Below, one piece after another: positions 42,931 through 55,701 of a stretch of DNA of 64,000 nt. Made by a program: the position numbers and the translations under genes. The notes beneath the pieces were generated by a model, which saw only the letters and a program-made list of their open reading frames with translations, had not been told where the DNA came from and ran no database searches. Location of the stretch: NCBI GenBank assembly GCA_012295275.1, contig CM022670.1:37200001-37264000 (forward strand). The letters run 5' to 3'. Source of the stretch: Chrysomallon squamiferum (lineage: Eukaryota > Animalia > Mollusca). Every line of letters begins with the position of its first letter. Within the stretch, counting starts at the first letter, position 1.

Positions 42931-44395
42931 ATGTGTTTATAAGTAGATAGATATGTGGACATTTATTTATTTGTTTGTTTTGTTTCTTTGTTTATTTATT
43001 TATCAAAACATTTAAATTCTGAAAACATCTTTCTGTTGCAATATAGAAAATACTGACACTTGTCTCTACCGTGTTCCCAACAATTAAATATTTCTTCTGA
43101 AGACGAATAAGTCTAATCCACTTCATCTTGAAAGTTATTTTCACGATTTCAGCTTCCCTCCTTTTATGAAATTCTCACAGCCCCAACTAAATGACATTAT
43201 TTTTCTTTTCAATAAACATAATTGTTGTTTTCTTCTTTTCTACAAATTTTGCAATAATATTTTCGCAATTGTTCTGTTACTACCAAATTCATCTTTAAAA
43301 AATAAAAATAAAATAATAATAAAAAATAAAAATAAATAAAAATTTCAACAGCTCAAAACAACAAACAAATAACTTTCAAAAACAACGCTGTCTTTTTTTT
43401 TTTTTCTGATCTACGTTTTAACCGTAATTGTTTTTTTTTTTCCATTTTTTTTTTCATTTTATTTATTTATTTATTTATTTTTATTTATTTATTTACGTTT
43501 TATTTTGTATTTATTTATTTATTTTTATTTATTTATTTACGTTTTATTTTGTATTTATTTATTTATTTTTATTTATTTATTTACGTTTTATTTTGTATTT
43601 ATTTATTTTTGTATTTTATTTTATTTTTTAAAGGTTATCATTCTCTTAAATTACGTTTATTTATTTTATTTTGTTTAAAGGATATCATTCTCTTAAATTA
43701 CTTTTATTTTATTTTTCATTCTCGTATTACTTTCGTGCGGGTTTTTTCTCAGCGTGTAATCACTGGAAATCCCAATGACATAACGCTCAGAATTCAGTGC
43801 ATAGTCACTGCTAAATAATCTATATAAAAATAAAAACTGCTGCAAGTGTTTATGCTTTTCCCAGTCAGCTATGGAATTAACACATCCGGCTTCGTGTCGC
43901 TTCGACATCTAAATGGGGCCACCTCTAATCGGATATTAATTTGTTCTCTATTTGAGGGTCTTACTAAATAAATTACCTCAACTCTATCTAAAGCATCGGA
44001 AACCACAAAAATGCATGCAGAATGATATAGACCACTAAATAGTGGGGAAAAGAATTCTGGCAGAAAACCACTGATTAAAGATGAAAATGTAAAGTTTTGC
44101 TGGATTTATTGTCGATAATTTTTTTTTTTTTTTTTTTTAATAAAGTATCATTTTTATTCAATAAATTAATTAAAGTAATCATCTGTTTGCATTTGTTATA
44201 ACTGCATTAAAGTATCAATTTTATTTTAAAAAGTTAAATGCTTATATATATATCTATATATATATATATTGAGTGTCATTAACCATATTTTATTTAAATT
44301 AATAAAAATGCATGTATTTTTATATTAGCTTTTTTGTTTGAATAATAAATGAGTACTGTAAGTGTTTTCTTTTTTCATAACTGTATACCTACTTT

Positions 44396-44445
44396 TGCAC
44401 CCCCCTGTATATATATATATATATATATATATACAGGGGGGTGCA
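44396..44445. repeat. Perfect 50-bp palindrome TGCACCCCCCTG(TA)nCAGGGGGGTGCA
   Basis: The arms read as exact reverse complements around 44420/44421. Confidence 0.9.
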
Positions 44446-44779
44446 TATATATTTTTATTAGTAGAAGTAGTATTAGTATTATTATTAGTGTTATTAGTAT
44501 TATTAGAATTATTAAAATACAGTGGTTCTCAAATATAATAATTAAATAGTACCAAGGTTATTTGTCATCGGATACCAGGGCATACGCCGAAGTATCATGT
44601 GACTCTTTGTCGTTGCTGATGTATCAAGCCAGTTTATATTGAGTGTATTTCTATTTATACAAAGACAAAACACGATATGTAGATGTATACAGGGACATCC
44701 TGTTCACCTGATTGTTTTTCTAGTTAAATACTGCTTTCCCCGAGAACATTTTGTCACGTACTATTTCTAACTTATTCAA

Positions 44780-45135
44780 AGGAGAATTCCATTTCCTGAA
44801 AACAAAATTATTCTGGGGATTTCACATTTCTCAGTAATTTCGGGTCTTTCCCTGCCATTGTTTCTTCTGTGTGAGTCATGCACCTCATTCAGCGGTGAAT
44901 CTTCGCTTCCCTGATGGGTCGGGCCTTGTGGGTCCATGGGCGGCATTCGACGACAGCCGATTTCCGGCTAGTTTCAGCCAATTCGAGATCGGTTTCACGT
45001 TTGTAAACAAAGTCACGTGATTAGTAACAGTCACAGGATCCTGCATTCGCGAACTTCACTTCGGAAAGTTTGTGCGTGGGGTAATTAAGAACAGGACTGA
45101 CTATAAATGTGACTGCTGTTCCAGTATCGCTCACA
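44780..45135 (+). promoter_or_regulatory. ACOD1 proximal promoter: TATA box plus kB-like, AP-1, FOX and E-box/CLEAR-like motifs
   Basis: TATAAA at 45102-45107. kB-like GGAGAATTCC at 44781, GGGGATTTCA at 44815 and GGGTCTTTCC at 44842. TGAGTCA at 44872, GTAAACAA at 45003 and GTCACGTGA at 45012. Confidence 0.6.
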
Positions 45136-45169
45136 CTTTACAAACAGAACTGTAGAAACAGCTACTGAA

Positions 45170-46034
45170 ATGGCGCTTATGATAAAGGTAAATATTATAT
45201 GCATTTGCAAAATAAATAAATAAATAAATAAATAAATACAAATTTAAATTAAATTTAAACTTTTAAAAATGCGATGCGAAAAAAAAAAATTATTTTATAA
45301 ATCTTATATAATTCATTTATTTATTTTGATAGCAGTTTAAATATTTAAATGTGGAAATGAGTTTTAAACAATAAAATTAATACTATATAAATATGGCTAC
45401 AGTTTGAAACTATGAAGATACTATAATAAAATTTTAAAAAATCAATTTTTTTTTTTTTTAAATAATATTAATATTAATTTAATGTCATTTGGTCATTACA
45501 GCCATAGCATTATTTGAAAACATATTTAATTTAAGATATGATTGTTAAAAATATGCAAGTGGATATTTAAGTAAAAAAATTAAAATTAAAATTAAAAAAA
45601 AGTATGTAAGTTCGTAGGTAAATAAATACTTAAAAGGGACCAATAATAACAATTTTCTATGCGGAACTTTGTGCCAAACTATAAACTTATTACTTTGTCG
45701 AGAGAATTACGCTACCTGCAAATAAACAAAGTATTAGTGTCAACTTTAATACGATTTCGAAAACCTCGTAAATATGTGTACTGAAATGTTAAATATGTGT
45801 GTTAAATAACGCATGAAATAAATTTGCGAATTTACTAATATTTTCCATTATTTTGCTTGTTTTATTTATATATATTTATTTAAACTATTATCTTTATTAT
45901 TAATTTATAAATCGATTTATTTTTAATCTACTGTACGTTTATATTTCTATTTTTGTTCTTCCTTCTTTCTTTATTGTTTATTCATTCATTTATTTATTAT
46001 TGTTAGTATAATACTAATTACGATTATGATGACA

Positions 46035-46070
<36 letters not shown>

Positions 46071-46813
46071 TATTTCAGTTTTATATGTTTTTGTTGGTTT
46101 TTGGGTTTGTTTTTTTCTGGTTTGTTTGTATGATTTTTAAAAAAAAATTTTTTTTTTTTTTTGCGTTGTGGAAAGACTATTGTTACAAAGCTTATAAAAC
46201 TGATCATTATCGTTCTTTACTTTGCTGTTTTTTTCAGCCTTCAACACTGACACTGCTCAACAGAGCGTGTCGTCTGGTTTCCAGTCGACAGGTAACTACT
46301 GTCACTTCTGAGCCTAGCAACACGGTTCAGCGCAGACACATCTACCAACAGGCTTCGTTAGCTCGTAAGTTTTTAACTGTACTAACTTACCTGCTCGTTT
46401 TAAAATCAAACTGTACTGTAGCATTCGTGCGTTTTAATATCTTCATTTTTTTTTTTTTTTTTTTTTATGCTTTTAATGAATAGTCTTCTATATCAATTTG
46501 CCGAAGAAGTTCATTTCTATCGTACAATTAGTATTTTCGTCAACTGTATTATTAATTATTTTTGTTGTTGTTGTTGTTGGTGGGTTTTTTTGAATATATT
46601 TGCAATTGGTATGTGCGTGTGTTTTCCCAAAGCTGCTAAAATTAGGTTGTATGTTATTTCCTGCAGTCACAAGTTTGTGAATCATCAGTGTTTTATGGAA
46701 CAAAAATGTCAGGCGAACTGTTGACTGTTTTAGCGTAGTTTTATTGGTTTAATAAAAAAAAAAAAAAAAAAAAATGTGTTTGATTCTCTCTTCTTTTTCT
46801 TTTTTCTTTTCTT

Positions 46814-46849
<36 letters not shown>

Positions 46850-47883
46850 TATTTATTAATTATTTAAATTTTAATTTAGCGTTTTCTTTTTTTTATATTT
46901 CTTTATCATTTTTTTTTTTATCAATATTTTTTTTATTTTTTTTTTTTTTTTTTGTTGTTGTTGTTGACGTTACTGATTTTGTCACAGTTCACACGTGCTC
47001 ACCATCAACATTAATCCAAACTCGTAAATTTTTAAAAACACTCTTGCAGCTGACAACCTGCCTGCCACCAGCGTAACGACGTGGATCTCAGAACTGGCCG
47101 CCAACGCCACCATAGACAGCATCTCCGACACCGTCATCTACCGCAGCCAACGGATGATGCTCGACACCTTCGGCGTCGGCATCCTCGGCGCCAAGACGGA
47201 CATATCGCACACGGTGCAGCAGTGTGCGCACACGTGGGGCACCATGCACGGCCACGTCGGCACGACGTCAGGCAGCAGCGGCGGCTGCACGCTGTGGGGC
47301 TCGAAAGGGCGAACGGCGCCTCTCGCCATGGCCGCTTTCATCAACGGCGTCAACGTCCACTCCATGGACTTCGACGACACGTGGTTTCCCGCCACGCACC
47401 CTAGCGGGCCCGTGCTTCCCGCGATTGTCGCCCTTGCCGAGACGATGACGGGCGACTACGAACCCAGCACCGAGGACCTCCTCGTTGCCTACAACGTGGG
47501 AATCCAGGTGCAGGGACTGCTGCTGCGTTGTTCCCAGACTGCCAAGACCATCCCGGACAGGTGAGGAGGTTTTGAGAACACTTACGTACTTACTTACTTA
47601 CTTACTTTCTTACTCACTTACTTACTTACTCACTTACTTACTCACTCACTCACTTACTTACTTACTTACTCACTTACTTACTCACTTACTTACTTACTTA
47701 CTTACTTACTTAGTTACTTACTCACTTCGCTCGTTTATTCGCTCGCTCGTTTATTTGTTTGTTTGTTTGTTTGTTTATTTATTTATTTGTATGTTTATTT
47801 ATTTATTTAATCATTCATTTATTTATTTATTATATATTCGTTCGTTCGTTTGCTTATTCATTCATTCATTCATTCATTCATTC

Positions 47884-47920
<37 letters not shown>

Positions 47921-48846
47921 TTTATCACAGATTTCACCCACCGGCTGTGGTTGGAGTGATGGGGAGTGCAGCAGCCTCTGCCAGACTACTTGGTTTCAGT
48001 CCACTGAAGACCCGCCACGCCCTCGCCATCGCTGCATCCTTCGCCGGCGCGCCCATGGCCAACGCGGGGACGACGACAAAGCCGCTGCACACCGGCAAAG
48101 CGGCGCGGTTCGGTCTCGAGGCGGCTCTTCTGGCAGATCACGGCCTGGAAGGCAACCACGACATCCTGGACATGGATTCGGGATTTGGAGCTTTCTACAA
48201 CGACTACGATCCGGACCGTTTCCTTTCAGAGCACGCCGACGACGCAGACTACGTGCTGCACGACCAGGACATCGCCATCAAACGCTTCCCGGCCCACCTC
48301 GGCATGCACTGGGCCATTGACGCGACTCTGGAGGCGCGGGGCAAGATTTGTTCGCCGGGCAGCCGCTTGAAAACCGAAGATGTCAAGTCCGTGCACGTCC
48401 TGGCCCCCAACTCCCGCTACATCAACCGCCCGCTCCCGACGACAATGCACGAGGCCCGCCACTCTTTCCAGTTCAACGTCTGCACGGCTCTGCTCGACGG
48501 CGAGGTCACCCCGGCGTCCTTCACCTACAGTCACCGACGTCGACCGTTTCTGAACAAGCTGCTCGCCTGCACCACCATCGAGGCCCCCGCCGACAACCGC
48601 GCCACCTTCCACGACATGTACGTCGAGATTCACGTGACCATGAAAGACGGTTCCGCCGTCAGCGCTCGGTGCGAGACGCCGTACGGACACTGGAGGAATC
48701 CGCTGTCTGACAGCGACCTGAAGGCCAAGTTTCTGTCCAACACAAAAGACATGTTGTACGAGCCTCAGAAGTTCTTGATAGAAAGTGTCACATCAATGGC
48801 TGACAAGAAGCCAGCGTCAAACTTTTTGAAAACACTGAGTTACTGA
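45170..48846 (+). CDS. ACOD1: Cis-aconitate decarboxylase (IRG1; MmgE/PrpD family), about 523 aa
   Basis: Exons 45170-45187 (MALMIK), 46238-46364, 47050-47560 and 47931-48846 are phase-compatible (1572 nt). Motifs matching vertebrate IRG1 are SQRMMLDTFGVG, VHSMDFDDTWFPATHPSG, RFHPP, NAGTTTKPLHTG, KRFPAHL, RHSFQF and YGHWRNPLS. The first two exons are less certain than the last two. Confidence 0.93.
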
Positions 48847-49277
48847 AAGGCAGCATCGAGTCCTGAAGTCGTTTTAGCGATCTTAACAGTGACTGAACAC
48901 TTTTTTTTTTTTTTTTTTTTTTTTTTTTAGCGATATGATCATTCATTAAGCATTAAGAGCTACGTTTAAGTGTAATTTCAGGCAGGCGTAACAGTCGAGC
49001 TGATGTAATTATTGTTCTCGAAGATTCATTTTAATGCTAGAGGTAACTGTCGTAGGCGCGATTATTTATAAAATATGTTTCTCAGTACCTTATATTAAGT
49101 GTTTTAAAAATACACGAATGAACGTTACTTTGAACGGTTGCAATTCACTAAGTCAGGACAATTTACTTTTTCAATCTTTACAAATTATTTTGTTTTGAGA
49201 AGAAGGAAGATTTTTTTTTTTTCCGATGATAATGATTACAACGATGACGATGGTAGTGATGCTTATATTATGAATGA

Positions 49278-49333
<56 letters not shown>

Positions 49334-50231
49334 TTACCACGCACAAATATTTACATGTTTCTTTTTTTTTTTTTTTTTTTTCTTAATCATAATTGTTTTG
49401 TTGAGTATATATTACACTAACCGTATATAAAAAAACATGCAATACATACTTCCTAAACCATTATTATTTAATCATTTACTAATCATATATTCATACTTTG
49501 TTGTTGAATTAGTTTATTATGTTGTTGGATGTTATTGTCACATTGAATAAAAAGAAAAGACACGGTCTGTTTCTTGTTTGTTATTAATTTTATTTTGTAT
49601 CCATTAACAATTATATGAGATAAAATAGTTGATATCTGTCCATTTTGTATTAATTATCATTTAGTAGGAAATTCTTTTGAAATCTGTATCTATTTAACAT
49701 TTAATAATAATAATAACAACAACAATGATGATTATGATGATGATGATGATGATGATGACGATGTTGCAGTCTGTATTGGGTTAAGGCTGCAGAGTGTAAC
49801 CTCAATAGTAAAACTAGCAGTAAGTCAGAAAAATTTCGTAAGAACAGGCATGGCCGTATCCAGGATTTTTTTTTTTTTTTGGAACGAGAGCAAGACGTTA
49901 ATACGTGAACCCATTTTATTTAAACTTTTCAAATTTGCAGTATTTTAAATAAGCCAGTGACAGCAGATTCAATAACAAAGATTAGTTTAATGAATCACAA
50001 ACGTTAATACATTTGTCTACATTATGAGGGAAAAGGATGTCCTGTATTTTCACTTATCTGTCAGTTATGTCCCTGTGACGAAGTTATTAGCGACATTCGT
50101 CCTTTTTATTTCATAAATCATTATCTAAACGTGCTTGGTAAATTGGGCTGTTGTATTAGAGTTTAAAATTTTTCACTGTCTGTGAAGGAAAATAAGTTAT
50201 TAATACATGCTTAAAAATATCATTATTTTTA

Positions 50232-50288
<57 letters not shown>

Positions 50289-51495
50289 TAATTAATTAAT
50301 TAATTAATGTTTGTATTACATTTCTTTTCATATTATGACCTAAGAGTTCAAAAAGTGGAGATAACTCGTGATGTTGTCACTCCTCGCTTCTACACTTTTC
50401 GTCACATCCGAAAACAACAAGACTAATTTGAACTGAAAAAGAATAATGTAACTGACTGCAGCGAATTAAGTTGAATTATTATTTTAAAAATAATAATAAT
50501 AAATAAATAAATAAATAAATAAATAAACAATACTACTTTTAATGGTAGTGGTACAATAGTAACAGAAGAAGGAATAATTAAACTGCAGTAGTAGTTGCTC
50601 TGTATCCGCAGCAGTGGTTTTATTAGTAGCAGTAGGTGCAGCAGTAATGATTTCCTTGAAAGGTTTATAAATATTTGGTTAAAATTGGTCGCTCTTAGTA
50701 GAAGAAATAGTCTTATTGTTTCCTTTCCTTTTTTAATTTTTTTTAATTTGTTTTGGTTTTAATATTCATCGTAAGCCATCTATACGAATGAACGAAATGT
50801 ACATACAACGATACCTTCATATATTTTATTATTAACGATTTTTTTTGCTGTCAGTACAATTGTATTTCCATGCATATTGAAACCCACACAATGGCTTTTT
50901 ATAAAATATTCCAGTGGTCTTCAGGAGTGGAATGTAATCCAGTGGAAGAGTGCTGCACTGATGGGATAATTGGTTACAATCAAACGATTTGTCATTCCAG
51001 TCTATCGTATTATCAAAGATGGCGGTATGTTATTTTCGGCAAGTGCAAAAACCTTTATGTTGCCAATCTGATTTTATTGTTCCTGTCCTAATTAGTCGAT
51101 GCCTTATAATAACAAAACGTGATAAATAATTTTCATTTATTACATTATATACAGAACATTTTTCTATACCACACAAATATTAAAAATGATAGTATCCAAA
51201 GCACTAGCTTGCGACCTTTGTTATCCAAGAGAGATAACAACGCCATGAAAAACGAAAGAAAACGATAATGTACGACTCAGTCTTTATTGACTTTTCTCAA
51301 AACAAGTCCCCGCTGATATTTTTAACATTGACAAAAATGTATTGATTTACAGACATCAAACAATTTATATACGTAACATATATTTAAAATAGTATTATTT
51401 ATAACAGGTAATGTAAATAATCAACAATATATTATGATACACACACGAATATATATAAACAGTTTCTTAAAATAATTATTTGAGGAATTTGTGTC

Positions 51496-51557
<62 letters not shown>

Positions 51558-51639
51558 GTAGTAGTAGTAGTAATAGTAATAGTAATTGTATTAGTAATGA
51601 ATATGAATAATCACTACAAAAGAAAATTCAGTAATTAAG

Positions 51640-51691
<52 letters not shown>

Positions 51692-51872
51692 CAAATATTG
51701 TCCAGTTTTAATATTTACTGATTATATGTAAAAAAAAAAATATTTATTTATTTATTTTTCTTATTATTATTCTAAATATTATTATATTTTTAATTTTTTT
51801 TTTTTTTACTTTTTTTATATTAAGTGATTAAAAACCTATTTTTAATATTTTATTTATTTCTGTGTTATTGAG

Positions 51873-51906
<34 letters not shown>

Positions 51907-51968
51907 TAATAATAATTCCAAATCTAGATGTCAACAGCATTTACAAATAACAATAACAACAACAGTAA

Positions 51969-52024
<56 letters not shown>

Positions 52025-52148
52025 GTAACACATCAATAACGTATTGTATATAAATGTATATGACACTATTTATGCGTAGGTGGGTAAGGTCACGGAAATG
52101 ATTTTATAAAGTATCTAATGGAATAGTAAAGTAAATGGTTCTGTACTA

Positions 52149-52196
<48 letters not shown>

Positions 52197-52694
52197 AAAA
52201 AAACGCTTAATCATTTCGTGACGTCAGTAAAGGAAAAGTAGAAGGTAACAAAAATAGAAGTATTCAGAGCTGAGGTATTGTAAGTAAACGGACCGTTAAT
52301 AATGTATATAGTTATAATTGGGTAGGTAGGGCTAAGCGTATGTCGCGTACTTTTATTTAAAATAAAATGTCTGTGGTTGTTACAGGTCAAAATACTGGAC
52401 CCCATTAATTTGTTTCCTGTTTGTTTGTTGTTGTATTGTTTTTTCTTCGAATTTTTTTTTTTATTTATTTTTATTTATTTATTTTTGTGAATAGTTGTAG
52501 TATTAGGTGTGGATGATATTTAATTTGATAGATTATGACATTAATGACTAATTTAAATGTTAAATAGGCTTATGTACGTGTGTGTGTGTGTGTGTGTGTG
52601 TGTTCGCATTTGGTGTGTCTGTGTGTTACACTTTTAATAACAGTATTATAAAAAGTTATCCCTGGAATAAATATTACATCTTAACTCTTTTAAA

Positions 52695-52765
<71 letters not shown>

Positions 52766-54024
52766 CAACAACAACAACAACAACAAAATAAAATAAAAAA
52801 ATACTTTCACGTTATCAAATTTACACGACACTCTAATTTATTTCTGAAAAAAAAAAAATGCTGTTTATTGCCAGTTTATAAAGTAATTATGTAGTTTACA
52901 ATAATGGACTTGTTATATATATATCTGAGCGAGCATATATGAGTGATATTTTCAAACTTTATAGTTACTTTATGTTATTAGCGACTTTTAATTATAACTT
53001 AAACTGAAAATAAAACAAGCAAACAAACAAATATCTTTCTCGAATACAATGAAAACATTTTTTCAGCACCAGCATGATAAGATATGAGAGAGAGACCATT
53101 GATTACTAATTATGGTGTATTTGGTCATTTATTATTCTCAAACTAAATTCACAATTCTCATTTTACGAAACGTTAACAAACGACATTTCAAGACACAGAC
53201 ATTTCTTAATTCTTGTCTGGTCTTCTTTTTTAATGACAATGTATTAAAACAGCCTTCGGAAAAACATTCACACAAACTGACAGAAACCAATAAACAAAAT
53301 AAAAAAATATTTATAATAATAAATAAATAAATAATAATTTTTTTTTTTTTTTTGGCAGTCGTGAGTTTCGCATTAAAAAAAAAAAAAAAAAAAAAAAATT
53401 AGTATAAAAAAACCTAAATTGTAATTTTCTTAACATTGACGTTAGCCAGTTGGATCAATCTGTTAGTAATTCGCCTCATTATATGATTATTTGAATTCAT
53501 CGACAGACATACATCTGGACTGACTCAGCATCTGGACAAAATGTCTGTTTTTCTTCTTCTCATATTATTCTATTCTAGTATTTAACGGTCACTTTGTTAT
53601 ATAGTGTACTGATATTATTTGTCAGTCGTTAAAATACTTTTTGAAATTTATATTAGAAATCAAATGAATATTTAATAACAACTGTTTCCTTCCAAATTTA
53701 TACAATAGAATTATTATGTGTACCTTACGTAAGATTTTATATGAAGATAAAGATACATCGGATATTTCTATAATCCATTAAACATTAAACTGTTTTATCT
53801 TAAAATGATTACTCACGTACCAACATCAACATAAATTCATTATCATCCAATAAAATTCTGATATATATATATATATATATATATATCCCCCAGATTCTTC
53901 ATTGATAACAAAGTTTAAATAATAGCACTAGCACGCACAAAATTTTCCACAACAAAAATTAGATTAACAGTGACCTTCACTTTAAACAATCTGCAACAGG
54001 TTTTTGTTATGCCTCACGTCGTAC

Positions 54025-54786
54025 CTAGTGAGTCCGCACTGGAATCGTGCCTTGTTCGGTCATCATGGCCTGTGGGTGTTTCCTGGGAGGCTGAACGTTG
54101 CGCACTTTACTCGAGGCCGGGATCGTCATCTCGATCGGGCTCAGAGGCTGCTTCTCTTCGCTCCTCAGCGGCACTTTGATGCTGTCGTCGCGCGGGTCTT
54201 CTTCGCAGTAGTGGCTGAGGAAACTGGGGAACAGCAGCGACATGGCCAGCGTCAGTCCTCCGACGCAGAACAGGATCAGGCCGATGAGCTTGCACATGTC
54301 GAGGGTCGTGTTGAACGCCTCGGCGCTCCTGTCCACGAAGGCGTGGGTCTGGTCCACCTGCTCGAAGGCGTGCTTCGGAGGAACGAGGTAGCCGACGAGA
54401 ATCCCGATCACGCCGAACAGCAGCAGGTTGACGCCGACCCACAGGAATATCTTCCACCATATTGGCGGGCAGCGCTTCTTCCTGTGGCTCGTCTGCAGCA
54501 GGTACCTCAGATCGTCGTCGTCCTCGTAGATCAGCGGGTCCTTGTAGACGGAGGCGTCGTAGAAGTTGTGCAGGTACGACCTGACGCCGAAGTAGTCCGG
54601 GCAGCTACGCTTTCTCTTGTCCTGGGACTTTTCGGCTTCCTGCGAGGCGCGACTCTTGCTGTGTCGTCTGCCGCCTGCGCTGCTGCTCTTGCGCCTCGTC
54701 TGGTGACGTTCTTCAGCCGCTGCTGATTTCTGGTCCTCACCTTGGATTAGCCGCTTCTCGTCATCTCTCGGTTCACCGCCGGACAT
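54025..54786 (-). CDS. NRSN1: Neurensin family two-TM vesicular membrane protein, 253 aa
   Basis: A single coding exon with the family-like FGVRSYLHNFY motif, WWKIFLWVG-TM1-GYLVPPK and AFNTTLDMCKLIGLILFCVGG-TM2, in GC3-rich codons. The exon begins at 54844 after a splice acceptor, and a candidate upstream exon ends at a donor at 58034. NRSN1 versus NRSN2 orthology cannot be resolved in an invertebrate. Confidence 0.88.
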   Translation of the reverse strand: MSGGEPRDDEKRLIQGEDQKSAAAEERHQTRRKSSSAGGRRHSKSRASQEAEKSQDKRKRSCPDYFGVRSYLHNFYDASVYKDPLIYEDDDDLRYLLQTSHRKKRCPPIWWKIFLWVGVNLLLFGVIGILVGYLVPPKHAFEQVDQTHAFVDRSAEAFNTTLDMCKLIGLILFCVGGLTLAMSLLFPSFLSHYCEEDPRDDSIKVPLRSEEKQPLSPIEMTIPASSKVRNVQPPRKHPQAMMTEQGTIPVRTH

Positions 54787-54811
54787 CGCGTCAACTCTCC
54801 GTGTGTGCTCG

Positions 54812-55003
54812 GGTGTACGATGTGCTAGACAGATAGTGCCATACCTAAAAAAACAAAACAAAAGACTACGATTACAAGCTTTGGTTAAATTATCCTGTCT
54901 TCAGCAGGTGTACGATATGCTAGACAGATAGTGCCATACCTAAAAACAAAAACAAAGACTACGATTACAAGCTTTGGTTAAATTATCTCGTCTTCAGCAG
55001 GTG
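54812..55003. repeat. About 95-bp tandem duplication spanning the neurensin splice acceptor
   Basis: gtgtacga..tgctagacagatagtgccatacctaaaaa...gactacgattacaagctttggttaaattatc..gtcttcagcaggtg occurs twice. Confidence 0.9.
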
Positions 55004-55611
55004 GACTTACATGTAAATTAGTAACAAAGTCAAAATGTTATTTTAACAGGTTATCTGTGAATATGAGCGATTTGGTTATTCTCAAATGGCAGTGGTAAAT
55101 TTTTTAATTATGCTTGGCAATGAAAGACACTCAGTAATTTATCATTGAAAAAGCTTAAGTTGAAGCGTTTTGAATAAACGTTTTCTTTCAAATACAATCG
55201 ATTCTCTCCCACTTAATCTTTAACTGAAATGGTCGTTTTTCCATTTAGCCCAAAAGCACAAAGACATAAGATGGATAACTGCTACGACTATAAACTGGTT
55301 CTAGGGTCTGCAGTGCATTTTAATACTGTGTGAACAGCCTACAAGTACCAGTTGAAACGTTTTAAGGTGTTAGTTCGACAGACTGGTTAATATCACTCAG
55401 TCAAATTCAAAAAGATATTGTTCTATACTAAATTAGTAGATGACAATACGTAGATGATAAACTGCGTCTAATTATGGCTGATTCACACAATAATACCAAT
55501 AATACCGATATAACAAATCGACTGCAATAAACCTTTGTGCCAAAAGTTCGTAATACAAATTGTTTCAAAATTTGTTTAGGTAGTTTATTACATATATATA
55601 AAAACACAATC

Positions 55612-55701
<90 letters not shown>

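Noticed and set aside
47485-47930. N-terminal LTYL repeats of the 453-aa ORF
   Set aside because: This is an (ACTT)n/(ATTC)n microsatellite in ACOD1 intron 3 (47561-47930) that happens to be stop-free.
50870-51091. Cys-containing 73-aa ORF
   Set aside because: No recognisable family, codon bias or convincing exon partners.
54004-54726. 240-aa plus-strand ORF antisense to neurensin (also antisense ORFs over ACOD1 and the AceTr exons)
   Set aside because: These are the expected shadow ORFs of GC3-rich coding exons, with no recognisable motifs.
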